This document shows positions 51,793 through 64,000 of a stretch of 64,000 nt of DNA, piece by piece. The notes beneath the pieces are model-generated. The model was not told where the DNA came from. It searched no databases and was given only the letters and a program-made list of their open reading frames with translations. Location of the stretch: contig NC_043016.1 in the NCBI RefSeq assembly GCF_006345805.1, positions 16,554,001-16,618,000 on the forward strand, given 5' to 3'. The DNA is from Octopus sinensis. Its lineage: Eukaryota. The translations under genes were made by a program, and so were the position numbers. Position 1 is the first letter of the stretch; every line of letters begins with the position of its first letter.

Positions 51793-52884
51793 TTAATCTC
51801 ATCGCTACTGTGGCCTGGGGCTTTAGTTCTTGTCACGGGCTTCAGGCATGTGTCAGGTAGCAGAAGACAGACCTGTGGTTAAAAAACACAGGACTTTAAG
51901 GTCAGCTGCTGGCCCATAGACATCAGGCCTGCCCTCTAGTGTATGGACATGTCCTAATATCACATGAACAATGATCCCATGGTTTAACAATTAAATAACC
52001 TCTGAGGGCACCTCTGTTTTGGATAACGCCATCGATGATGGTGGCGGTGGTGTTGATGGTGGCGGTGGTGTTGATGGTGGTGGTGGTGTTGATGGTGGCG
52101 GTGGTGTTGATGGTGGTGGTGGTGTTGATGGTGGCGGTGGTGTTGATGGTGAAGATGATGACAACGGGTTATGATTATGCTGAAAATATAAATCACAATG
52201 TCCCTGATAACTGTAAGGACCAAAATTATAATGATGACAGCAGAAATGATTATAATGAGAGGTCTCGGTCGTTCATCATTGCCTCTGTGAGGCCCAATGT
52301 TCGAAGAATGACTGTCGAACGTTGGGCCTCACAGAGGCAATGTCAAAAGACCGAGACCTTTGCAGATACGCTGTGACTGCGAAGACCCAACAAATGAAGG
52401 GAGTTCATGGCTGTATCCTACACCAGCTTCACATAACCAGCCCCAGCCCATTCAAAGTACCTTCGATTGCAGATGGCCTGCTGTGCTTATCTTGGATCGT
52501 AGGGCAACCTGCTGTGCTTGAGGAGACCTACTGAGTCAAGTACATCAACATCAAAATAAAAATCAAATGGAAATTGTAGTTGTGATACCCGTGCCGGTGG
52601 CATGTAAAAAGAACCATCCGAATGTGGCCGATGCCAGTGCCGCATTGACTGGCTTCCATAAAAAGCATTAACCGATCGTGTCTGATGCCAGCCTCCACTG
52701 GCCCCTGTGCTGGTGGCACGTAAAAAGCACACACTACACTCTCGCAGTGGTTGGCATTAGGAAGGGCATCCAGCTGTAGAAACACTGCCAGATCAGACTG
52801 GAGCCTGGTGCAACCTCCTGTCTTGCCAGACCCCGGTCGAACCGTCCAACCCATGCTAGCATGGAAAATGGATGTTAAACAAAA

Positions 52885-52918
<34 letters not shown>

Positions 52919-54195
52919 GATCAATAGTGATGATGATGGTTTTGGAAATATTGGTAGTAATGATAAAAATGTACGCGTGTGTGTACATTTTACTTGTCTC
53001 GGTTATTTGACTGTGGCAATGCTGGAGCACCACCTTTAGTCGAGCAAATCAACCCCAGGACTTATTCTTTGTAAGCTTAGTACTTATTCTATCAGTCTCT
53101 TTTGCTGAACCACTAGGTTACGGGGACGTAAACACACCAGCATCAGTTGTCATGCAATGTTGGGGGGACAAACACAGACATACAAACATACACACACACA
53201 TACATGTGTATATATATATATATATATATATATTTGGTGAAATAGAAAGATGAATAATCTTGTTGCAGATTAAGAATGCAATAAAAGGATTTCTGTTCAA
53301 TCTTCGTTCAACTCCATTTCTTCAATTCACTAATTATATATATACATATATATGATGGGCTTCTTTCAGTTTCCATCTACCAAATCTACTCACAAGGCTT
53401 TGGTTGGCCTGAACCCGGAACCATGTGGTTGGTAAGAAAGCTACTAACCACACAGCCACTCCGATGCCTATATATATACATATATATATATATGACGGGC
53501 TTCTTTCAGTTTCCGTCTACAAAATCCACTCGTAAGGATTTGGTCGGCCCAAAGCTATAGTAGAAGACACTTGCCCAAGGTTCCACGCAGTGGGACTGAA
53601 CTTGGAACCGTGTGGTTGGTAAGCAAGCTATTTACCACACACCCACTCATATAACTATATATATATATATATATATATCCATTCATCTATTGTGTGTGTG
53701 TGATGAAGGTAGAATGCAAATCCTTTGACTGACATTTTAACTTCTTGCCTTGAAGGCAACACTGGTTTTGCTACCTACTGGCTGGATTTAAAACCAACAG
53801 ATCTTTCTTAATTACTGTACGTGGTGAGTGCATGCGTGTGTGTGTATGAGCGAGAGTGTGTATGTGTTTGTGTGTGTGTGTGGAAAAAGAGAGAGAAACA
53901 GAGATAAAAAGATGTGTTAATTATACAAAATCATTTGAAGTGTGCTGTATCTATTTATAAAATAATAATATGGATTTTCCTACTAACATTTCATACCTGT
54001 GTATCTACCTTTTTCTTTTTACACATGTAGGCACGGGAGTGGCTGTGTGGTAAGTAGCTTGCTTAACAACCACATGGTTCCGGGTTCAGTCCCATGCGGG
54101 GCACCTTGGGCAAGTGTCTTCTGCTATAGCCTTGGGCCGACCAAAGCCTTGTGAGTGGATTTGGTAGACGGAGACTGAAAGAAGCCCGTTGTATA

Positions 54196-54231
<36 letters not shown>

Positions 54232-57225
54232 TGCATGTATGTATGTATGTATATGTTTGTGTGTCTGTGTTTGTCCCCCCAACATCGCTTGACAAGTGAT
54301 GCTGGTGTGTTTACGTCCCCGTAACTTAACGGTTTGGCAAAAAGAGTCCAATAGAATAACTATTAGGCTTATAAAGAATAACTCCTGGGAAACTCAAAAA
54401 AGCCCATCATATATATATATATAGGTGTAGGAGTGGCTGTGTAGTAAGTAGCTTGCTTACGAACCATATGGTTCCGGGTTCAGTCCTACTGCATGGCACT
54501 TTGGGCAAGTGTCTTCTACTATAGCCTCGGGCCGAACAAAGCCTTGTGAGTGGATTTGGTAGACGGAAACTGAAAGAAGCCCGTCGTATATATATATATA
54601 TATGTATGTGTATGAATATGTTTCTGTGTCTTTGTTTGATCCCCAATATTGCTTGACAACCGATGCTTGTGTGTTTGTGTCCCCATAACCTAGCAGTTCG
54701 GCAAAAAGAGACAATAGAATAAGTACTGGGCTTACAAAGAATAAGTCCTGGGGTCGATTTGCTCGACTAAAGGCATTGCTCCTGCATGGCCACAGTCAAA
54801 TGACTGAAACAAGTAAAGGAGTAAAAGAGATGTGTATTTATTTAGCATGGACATAATTGGTACACACGCGCACACATACACACACACCATATTCAGGTTT
54901 GACAACTGTTATGTTTCCCTTCTTTCAGAAATAGTCAATGACATTGAAGAGCATAAAAATTCACGTTGTAGCTGAGAAAAAGTTGGAAGCCATCTGAATA
55001 TTGGAAAAGAGTTACTGAAGCACAACCTACAAACATTAGGCCTCACGGAGGCAATGACTAGTGACTGAGACCTTTGGAAATATGCTGTGCTTGACAAGAC
55101 CTGGCAAGCCAAGTGAGACCTTAACCCGTGACCTACAACAGTGTAAGTGCTCTGAGGGAGATGTTGGACCTTAGAAGCATCAGATGTGGTGTGCAAGAGA
55201 GACGACTGTGCTGGTATGGTCATATGTTACGTGTGGATGAGGACAGCTGTGTGAAAAAGTGCTACACCCTAGCAGTTGAGGGATCCTGTGGAATAGACAG
55301 ACCCAGGAAGACCTGGGATGAGGTGGTGAAGCATGACCTTCAAACATTAGGCCTCACCAAGGCAATCATTAGTGACTGAGACCTTTGGAAATATGCTGTG
55401 CTTGAGAAAACCCGGCAAGTCAAGTGAGACCATAACCTCATGGCCTATTCCATGGGTGTAACCAGCCCACTTATGTGATCACAGACGATAAGTAGCCTAG
55501 TCCAGTATGTATAAATAGCAGACGTGATAGCTAGTCGCAGAAGTGCCACGTAGGGTGACCCGGAGTCGTTAGTAGGGCATTGAGTTCTGTTGAGTTGAGT
55601 TGCCGGATGTGAGAGTTCGGTCGTTGAGTAGAGGCACATAATTGGTGAAGGCCTGCCATCCAAATGTGCAATGTGACCTATACATACATACATCTCTTCG
55701 GAGAGCACCTTCGGTGATGACTGACAATGGAATTGCACCTAGAAAGTTACCCTCCTGGCACAAGTCCTACCCTCTCCACACCACCAGTGTTATCCAAGGG
55801 AAAGGCAAAGGGGCCAATATAGCTTGGCACCTGTGACGTCACAACTCATTTCTACAGCTGAGTGAACTGAAGCAACATGAAATAAAGCATCTTGCTCAAG
55901 AACATAACATGCAGCCCGGTCTGGGATTCGAACTCACAATCTCACGATCATAAGTGAATCATGGGCTGTGACTGCTGAGGACATGCGTAAGCTAGCAAGC
56001 AATGAAGCCAGTATGATCCGACGGATGTGTAATGTCAGTGTGCATACTCAACAGAGTGTAGGTACCTTCAGAGAAAAGTTGAACCTAAGAAGCATCAGAT
56101 GTGGTGTGCAAGCGAGACGACTGCGCTGGTATGGCCATGTGGCGAGAATGGATGAGGATAGCTGTGTGAGAAAGTGCCACACTCTAGCGGTTGAGGGAAC
56201 CTGTGAGGAAGACCTGGGATGAAGTGGTGAAGCACAACATTCGAACTTTAGGCCTCACCAAGGAAATGACTAGTGACCGAGACCTTTGGAAATATGCTGT
56301 GCTTAAGAAGACCCGGCAAGCCAAATGAGACCATAACCTTGTGGTCTGTGCCAGGGGCGTAACCATCCCACTTATGCATACCTTTTCCTTCTTTGGACAC
56401 TAAACTCTGCTTGCGAAAACCTGTTGAGGCAAGTGAAATCGAAATAGAAATCAAAGTGAAATTCGATGACGTGCACGAGCACCATACGAGTGTGATCGTT
56501 GACAGAGCGGCTAACTGGCACATAAAAGACACCATTCGAGTGTGATCGTTACCAGCTTCACCTTACTAGCTTCCGTGCCGGTGGCATGTAGGAGGCACCA
56601 TTCGAGCGGGATCATTACCAGCATTGCCTTACTGGCACCTGTGCCGTTGGCATGTGTAAAAAAAAAAAAAAATTTGAGCAAGGTCATTGCCAGTGCCACC
56701 TGACTGGCCCCCGTGCTGGTGGCATGTAAAAGCACACACTACACTCTTGGAGTGGTTGGCGTTAGGAAGGGCATCCAGCTGTAGAAACTCTGCCAGATCA
56801 GACTGGAGACTGGTGCAGCCATCTGGTTCGGCAGCCAACAGTCAAACTGTCCAACCCATGCTAGCATGGAAAGCGGACGTTAATCGATGATGATGATAAT
56901 GATGATGATATATATACACACATATATGATGATATATATATACACACTTATATGATAATATATATACACACACATATATATATATACGACGGGCTTCTTT
57001 CAGTTTCCATCCACCACAATCCACTCACAAGGCTTTGGTTGGCCTGAGGCTATAGTAGAAGATACTTGCCCAAGGTGCCACGCAATGGGACTGAACCCGG
57101 AACCATGTGGTTGGGAAGCAAGCTACTTACCACACAGCCACTCCAGCGCCTATACATACATTATGTAAAAACAATATTCATTAAAGAAAAAAACAGAATG
57201 AACAAATGAGCTACAAAACACTCAC

Positions 57226-57264
57226 CTTTCTTCGCCCTTTCTCCATTATCTTTTCAGCCACACC
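57226..57264 (-). other. candidate 39-nt upstream micro-exon
   Basis: gtgtag|GGT GTG GCT GAA AAG ATA ATG GAG AAA GGG CGA AGA AAG|gtgagt in a short non-repeat island. Confidence 0.5.
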
Positions 57265-57454
57265 CTACACACACATAACAGAAATACTAACACATGATAA
57301 GCCTCTTAGTATAATGATTTATAGACATTATTAATAGTGAAGACAAACAGACACACTCAAAAAAGCATACCCCTGTATAAAGATAATTATTTGTTCAATA
57401 TCTGTATGATTGTAGTACACCACATATATACACACAAGATATAAACTGGAACTA

Positions 57455-57980
57455 TAGGCGCAGGAGTGGCTGTGTGGTTAGTAGCTTGCTTACCAACCAC
57501 ATGGTTCCGGGTTCAATCCCACTGCGTGACACCTTGGGCAAGTGTCTTCTACTATAGCCTTGGACCCAACCAAAGCCTTGTGAGTGGATTTGGTAGACGG
57601 AAACTGAAAGAAGCCCATCGTATATATGTATATATAGGCGTAGGAGTGGCTGTGTGGTAAGTAGCTTGCTTACCAACCACATGGTTCCGGGTTCAGTCCC
57701 ACTGCCTGGCACCTTGGGCAAGTGTCTTCTACTATAGCCTTGGACCCAACCAAAGCCTTGTGAGTGGATTTGGTAGACGGAAACTGAAAGAAGCCCATCG
57801 TATATATGTATATATAGGCGTAGGAGTGGCTGTGTGGTAAGTAGCTTGCTTACCAACCACATGGTTCCGGGTTCAGTCCCACTGCGTGGCACCTTGGGCA
57901 AGTGTCTTCTACTATAGCCTCGGGCCAACCAAAGCCTTGTGATTGGATTTGGTAGGCGGAAACTGAAAGAAGCCTGTCGC
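57455..57980 (+). repeat. three tandem 180-bp SINE-head units
   Basis: Units at ~57455, 57635 and 57815; the first two share the variant TGGACCCAAC. Confidence 0.9.
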
Positions 57981-58581
57981 ATATATATATATATGTGTGT
58001 GTGTGTGTATGACTGTGTGTGTGGGTGTGTATATATACACACAGGATTGGTTGTGTGGTAAGTAGCTTGCTTACCAACCTCACGGTTCCGTGTTCAGTCC
58101 CACTATGTGGCACTTTGGGCAAGTTTCTTCTATTATAGCCATCTGGTTCACAAAAGCACCCACTACACTCTTGGGGTGGTTGGTGTTAGGAAGGGCATCC
58201 AGCTGTAGAAACTCTGCCAGATCAGATTGGAGCCTGGTGCAGCCATCTGGTTTGCCAGTCCTTGCACCACGGGTCCACCAAATCCTCTTTTATTGTTTTA
58301 TTCAGTATATTCATTTCTAAATTTATCCATCTCACACATACCGAAGTATATAGCATGCACCGCGCCCCATAATAAATACCTACAGCATGCACATACAAAT
58401 AGAACCCTCCACACATACGCACACATGCAGACATACACACATATGCATACATACATATATGCAGACCTATATACACCCAATCACACACGTCCTCACACAC
58501 TCATAGACATAGATGGCCACATTGAAACTCGTATGTGCACACAAAAACACACGCATGTGGCAACACCAATGCACTGGCATT

Positions 58582-58631
<50 letters not shown>

Positions 58632-58794
58632 AATAAAGAGAGATAGAAAGATAGATAGATAGATAAATAGATAGATAGATAGATAGGTAGTTAGATAGAG
58701 GTAGATATATAGATCGATAGATACATAGATATACAGATAGACAGACAGATAGACTGATAGACAGACAGACACACAGACACACAGATAGATAGAT

Positions 58795-59725
58795 TTCTTT
58801 ATTGGCCACACAGGGCTAGTCACAGAGGGGACAATTTCAATGTAGAGTTTTTCTTTTCTGTTCGAGGTGAAAACAAAGGGAAAAAATAGGGACAACGATC
58901 AAAAGGGATCGAAATCGTTGGGGATATATGCAAAAAATTTGGAAATAGTACAAAAAGTTCCCAAGAAATGGGGAGGTTTATCTGTGGAAAGAAAAACCTA
59001 CGAAAAGACCACAGTAACCTCGGGCAATTACGTCACATATTAACAAATTTATTTACAAATAAGTAACTCTCTTTTAAATTTTTACGGTTCAAAGGATCAT
59101 GCTCAAGGTGGCTTCATCATTCATAGGTGCCATCCTTGCTATATTTACCCATCTTTTTTTTAAACAGTCGCTAGACAAAACTTGCCTCTCTACTCTCACT
59201 TTCCTCTTCAAGTGATACTTGAAAAAGTTGATGAGAGATTGACCAGAGAGGAAAGTGTTTGTCTCTAATCCTTTCAGGTGCGTCTACTAGATACATTCTT
59301 TCGCCATAGCCACAAGTATTATGAAAATAGCTCTTCCTTCCTGTTTGAAGGAAGGAGGTGTGACAATATTGACGATAGACTCAGCTGATAAACCGACTCG
59401 TTCCACACGTGACAGCAGTCGTTCGACATAAGCCCACAGGTCGGAAATTGTTGGACACTGCACGAGTGCGTGCAGAACGGTTTCGTCGCTCTGACCGCAT
59501 CTCGGGCAGGTCGGCCCCGTGTCTCTCGAACAATGTCTATAGCGCTTCTCGATAGCACTGCCAGGCCAGGGATCTCTGGAAATTGTCCATACGTCCCGGC
59601 CCGAAAGTTGTTTTGAACAGGCGAGTCAGGTATTCTTCGTCGACGCCCAGGTATGCCCCGAGATCGTCATCGTACCTTCCCTCCACAGGTTTGCCCCGTA
59701 GCTTAATGCCCGAAACAAGTAAAAC
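58795..59725 (-). mobile_element. Tx1/L1-clade LINE 3' fragment
   Basis: RSLAWQCYREAL and CPRCGQSDETVLHALVQCP (zf-RVT-like); AATAAA at 3' end. Confidence 0.75.
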
Positions 59726-61768
59726 GAACAAACAAGCATACATACATACATACATACTTACTTACTTACTTACATACATACATACATACATACACACACC
59801 CATATACATACATACATACACACACACATACATACACACACACACATACATAAATACATACATACATACATACATACAAACACATACATACATACATACA
59901 TACATTTCGCTTAATGGTAGACTCTCGCGTCCGAGGAAGACGGTTCTGCAACTTCTTGCTGAGCAAACTGTACAGATGATGTGTTTGCGTTGATCAAATG
60001 CTTGTGCTGCACATAAGCGCACACCCTCCATCAGATATATACTCACACTATAACTGCACAGGTTCACGGTGTGCCAAATGCCAATGTCGAAATGTTCGCA
60101 GAGTAAGATGAGATGAAGTGTTTTGCTGAAGAACACAACGCAACGCCCAGCTCGAGAATCGAACATGCGATTTCGCTATCGCCTGTGCAAATCCCCTAAC
60201 AACGCCCACACACATTACACACACACACACAAACGCACATACACAAACGCACACACACACACACACAAACGCACACACACACACACACACACTAACACAA
60301 ATATTTACTGTTTGGGTTTATGTTACAATAAAACCAATTTTACTCTACTTAGGATTATACAATACATTTGTTTGAGCAGAAATTTATTGTACTTTAAGAA
60401 GTAAAATATTGACAGTGGCTTCAAATTTTCGGTTAGCCATCATTGGATTGTCTGATGATGGCTTAGCTGGACCTCGGTGTATCTACCAATGCTATACATA
60501 CCACAGACAGACAGAGAGATAAACACAGTCACGCAAACACTCAGATATTTATAGTTAATTATTTACGTAAAAAACAAAAAACGAAAAAGAAAACCCAGCT
60601 AAAGCGGAATGTTTGCACGAAAGAAGAAAACAAAATCTTAGGTATTTAGCATCTTAGTGATGCTAGCGTCGTTTTCCAGCATCCCAGTTACTGATAACTG
60701 ATGGCATCTCTCTCTCTTTCTCTCACTCTCTCTCTCTGCATCATACACCCATACACCCATTGCATATCTACACATACACACATATAAATATATATATTTA
60801 TTTATATATATTAAAAGCATTCATATTATACATAAATACTTCACGTTACGAGGAACTCTTAAAGTCAAAACTAATTATGGTAGTGTTAACTTTAAGCGTC
60901 CCTCGTAGCGCGAAGCATTTATGTATAGTAATTCTTTTGATACTCTTTACTCTTTTCTTCTCTGTGTCTGTGTGTTCGTGCTTGTTCTTCTCTGTGTCTG
61001 TGTGTGCGTCGCTTGTTCTTCTCTGTGTCTGTGTGTGTGGCTTGTGTGCTTGTTCTCTGTGTCTGTGTGTGCGTGCTGGTTCTTCTCTGTGTGCGTTTGC
61101 GTTCTTATTCTTTTCTGTGTGTGCGTGTGCGTGCTTGTTTTCTGCTGTGTTTGTGTGTGCGTGGCTTGTTCGTATCTGTGTGTGTGCGTGTGTGCACGCA
61201 CTTGTTCTTGTGTGTGTGTGTGTGCTTGCACGCGCACACACAGACACGAACAACCCCGAAGTGAATAGTCGAGTTGTCACGGAAACAGTCGAGTGTTTAT
61301 TTTGGTGTTCTCGATCGAATGAATGCCATGCTTCGACATAACTCGACAATTCACTTCGGATATCTCCGTGACAGCTGCTGAAATCAACGAAGCACATGGT
61401 TCCGGGTTCATTCCCACTGCGTGCCACCTTGGGCAAGTGTCTTTTACTACAGCCTCGGACCTCATTATATCTATTTTAGCCGTCGTCACGGAGAAGATCC
61501 GAAGTGAATTGTCGAGTTATAGCGAAGATATCCGAACGGAAATGTTAAATGTTGTCGAGGTATGTGGAAGGAATGCCGTAGTAGTCTTACAAAGAATAAG
61601 TCCTGGGGTCGATTTGCTCGACTAAAGGCGGTGCTCTAGCATGGCCGCTGTGAAATGACTGCAACAAGTAAGCGAATAAACGAACAGAAGGTTTATAATT
61701 ATTAATGAGACAGGCAGAGAACCTGATAAGCATTAGGCGTTCATGTTTAATTAAATATGCGTGTGTGC

Positions 61769-61806
<38 letters not shown>

Positions 61807-61887
61807 CAGAGAAAGAGAGAGGAGGAGGAGGCGGAGGGATGAAAAGCGAAAGTAGAAATCGACCATTACCGATCGGAATATACTTAC

Positions 61888-62060
61888 ATCTTCTGTTGTA
61901 AATAAATACACAAGCTGGCGTAGTGTAAGGTACCAAGTCTTCTTGGCCGAAGAAGCAAGAGCGGGTCCTTCTCTGGGTGTTCCGAGGCCCGAAAGACCCA
62001 TTATTATTATTTTTTTTTGGCCCCAGCCCAGGCAGATCCGACAACACACCAACACTAACT
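61888..62060 (-). other. candidate first exon / TSS of the 2-TM gene transcript
   Basis: Inr-like TCAGTT (62062-62057), ATG in strong context ataATGg (62001), consensus donor GAT|gtaagt at 61888. Confidence 0.5.
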
Positions 62061-62601
62061 GACACACGTAGTAGCTATTTTTACTCATCCCCCACTCTAA
62101 ACATCCGCCTCCAACCCACATTCACTCACACACACACACACACACATAGATAATCTTACGTAAATTAACAATAATAATTAATTAATAAATTACAACAATT
62201 ATTTATTAATTATTATTATTATTATTATTATCATTATTATTATTATTGTTGTTGTTGTTGTTGTTGCTGTTGTTATTTCAGAGAGAGAACGAAAGACGAA
62301 AATAGAATTTTTTAAAAAGTTAAACAGGAGTGGCTGTGTGGTAAGTAGCATGCTTACCAACCACATGGTTCCGGGTTCAGTTCCACTGCTGACCAAAGCC
62401 TTGTGAGTAGATTTGGTAGACGGAAACTGAAAAGAAGCCCGTCGTGTAGATAGATATATATATGTATATAAAAGAAGCCCGTCGTGTAGATAGATATATA
62501 TATGATAGATAGATATATATATGTATGTATGTATATATATATATACCGTTGGCGATTTTTTTTTCTCTGTCTTCCCTTCTCTGGATCTTTCTTTCTCCTA
62601 T

Positions 62602-62636
62602 GTTTCCGACGAGGAGCTCCGCTCGAAACGTTAAAC
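62602..62636 (+). ncRNA. minimal hammerhead motif (family E), U4C core variant, in pLTR-like repeat 62545-62745
   Basis: GTTT CCGACGA G GAGC tcc GCTC GAAAC GTT AAAC. Confidence 0.65.
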
Positions 62637-62743
62637 CCTCCTTCTTTCCTTCTTTCCTGAGCGTCCAACAATAATACTATATTTGTTCCACGCCTCGCGT
62701 TGTTGTGTTTTTTTTTTTTGTGCTTTCTTGTTTGGATTAACTT

Positions 62744-62780
<37 letters not shown>

Positions 62781-62788
62781 ATATGTAC

Positions 62789-62839
<51 letters not shown>

Positions 62840-62843
62840 TATA

Positions 62844-62891
<48 letters not shown>

Positions 62892-62969
62892 GTATGTATA
62901 TATGTACATATATATATATATATAATATATATATATATGTATGTATGTATGTATGTATATATATATGTA

Positions 62970-63011
<42 letters not shown>

Positions 63012-64000
63012 GGCAGGCGCAGGAGTGGCTGTGTGGTAAGTGGCTTTCTTACCAACCATATGGTTCTGGGTTCAGTCCCACTGCATGGCACCTTGGGCAA
63101 GTGTCTTCTACTATATCCTCGAGCTGAGGGTTTTAAGGTTAGGGTTTTAGGATTAGTGTGGGGAAAAAGTCAAAATTGAAAAAGTTGGTGGAGAAAGGGT
63201 GGAAAAAAGTTTCACAATGCTGATTTTCTTTGCCAAAGAAAATTTTTTAAATAAACAAATTTAGGAGAAAATAGGGGTGGGGGATGGGCGGAAGTCTTTC
63301 CCAAAAAGGAAATTTTAAACAGTTACATTTTATGTAATGAAATAGTATATTCTTGATTATAGCATATAACTGGTCAGTTTCCGTCTACCAAATCCACTCG
63401 CAAGGCATTGGTCGGCCCATGGCTATAGTAGAAGACACTTGCCCAAGGTTCCACGCAGTGGGTTGTACCCGGAACCATGTGGTTGGTAAGCAAGTCACTT
63501 ACTACACAGCCACTCATGTGCCTATATATATATTCATTTCCAAAATAAATTATTATTATTATCAGCCATTATTATTATTATTATAAATAAATTATTACCA
63601 ATCATTATATTATTATAAATAATGTTATATAAATAAATTATTCACTAAGCTGGCAGAATCGTTAGCAAGCTGGACAAAATGCTTAGCGGTGTTTTGCCCG
63701 TTGCTGCATTCTGAGTTCAAATTCCGCCAAGGTTGAATTTGCTTTTTATCCTTTCGGGGTCAATAAATTGATTATCAGTGAAACACTGGGGTCGATGTAA
63801 TCAACTACGTCCCTCCCCCTAATTTCAGGCCGAGTGCCTTTAGTAGAAAGGATTATTATTACTGTTATTAGCAGTCATTATTATTATTATAAATAATATT
63901 ATATAAATTATATATTATTTTTTATTTATGTGCCATTTTCAAGCCTAGCCAGGCTCATGGGCCCAGTTTCCCGGTTTCTGTGGCGTATGTTCCCCCCAGC

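Noticed and set aside
50715-52040. LTR pair around the piggyBac (~180-bp direct repeats at 50715 and 51860)
   Set aside because: No TG...CA ends, PBS or PPT; both end in GAT/GGT tails like non-LTR 3' ends.
55475-55715. Possible solo-LTR fragment (TGT start, TATA-like box)
   Set aside because: No identifiable 3' CA end or TSD; cannot be supported without a search.
60450-60500. CTGATGA hammerhead-like start
   Set aside because: No stem II closure or GAAA follows.

Overview
Very AT-rich, microsatellite- and transposon-saturated animal DNA. Repeat content suggests a coleoid cephalopod, probably Octopus (inference). Two minus-strand spliced genes are recoverable by eye. (1) Max (bHLH-zip, MYC-associated factor X): three coding exons at 16662-16624, 15684-15571 and 5794-5671, with the last exon apparently off the left edge. 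(2) An uncharacterised two-TM-helix protein with two PPSY (PY) motifs, resembling the PIRT/TMEM100/TMEM174 type: exons 47035-46861, 44155-44013, 30746-30635 and 28246-27901. It has a reading-frame ambiguity and candidate upstream exons carrying a spliced uORF. The rest is RTE, BovB-like, CR1 and Tx1 LINE fragments, several tRNA-derived SINE families, mariner/Tc1/piggyBac/MITE/Helitron elements, and a TIR element with telomere-like arrays in outward orientation. The most striking hidden signal is about 11 minimal type-I hammerhead ribozyme motifs from about 5 sequence families in Penelope-like terminal repeats. They include a tandem hammerhead pair downstream of a tRNA-like Pol III head, and copies lying sense to both host pre-mRNAs. 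Nearly all ORFs in the supplied track are artefacts of simple repeats or decayed TEs. All calls are by eye; TE boundaries are approximate.
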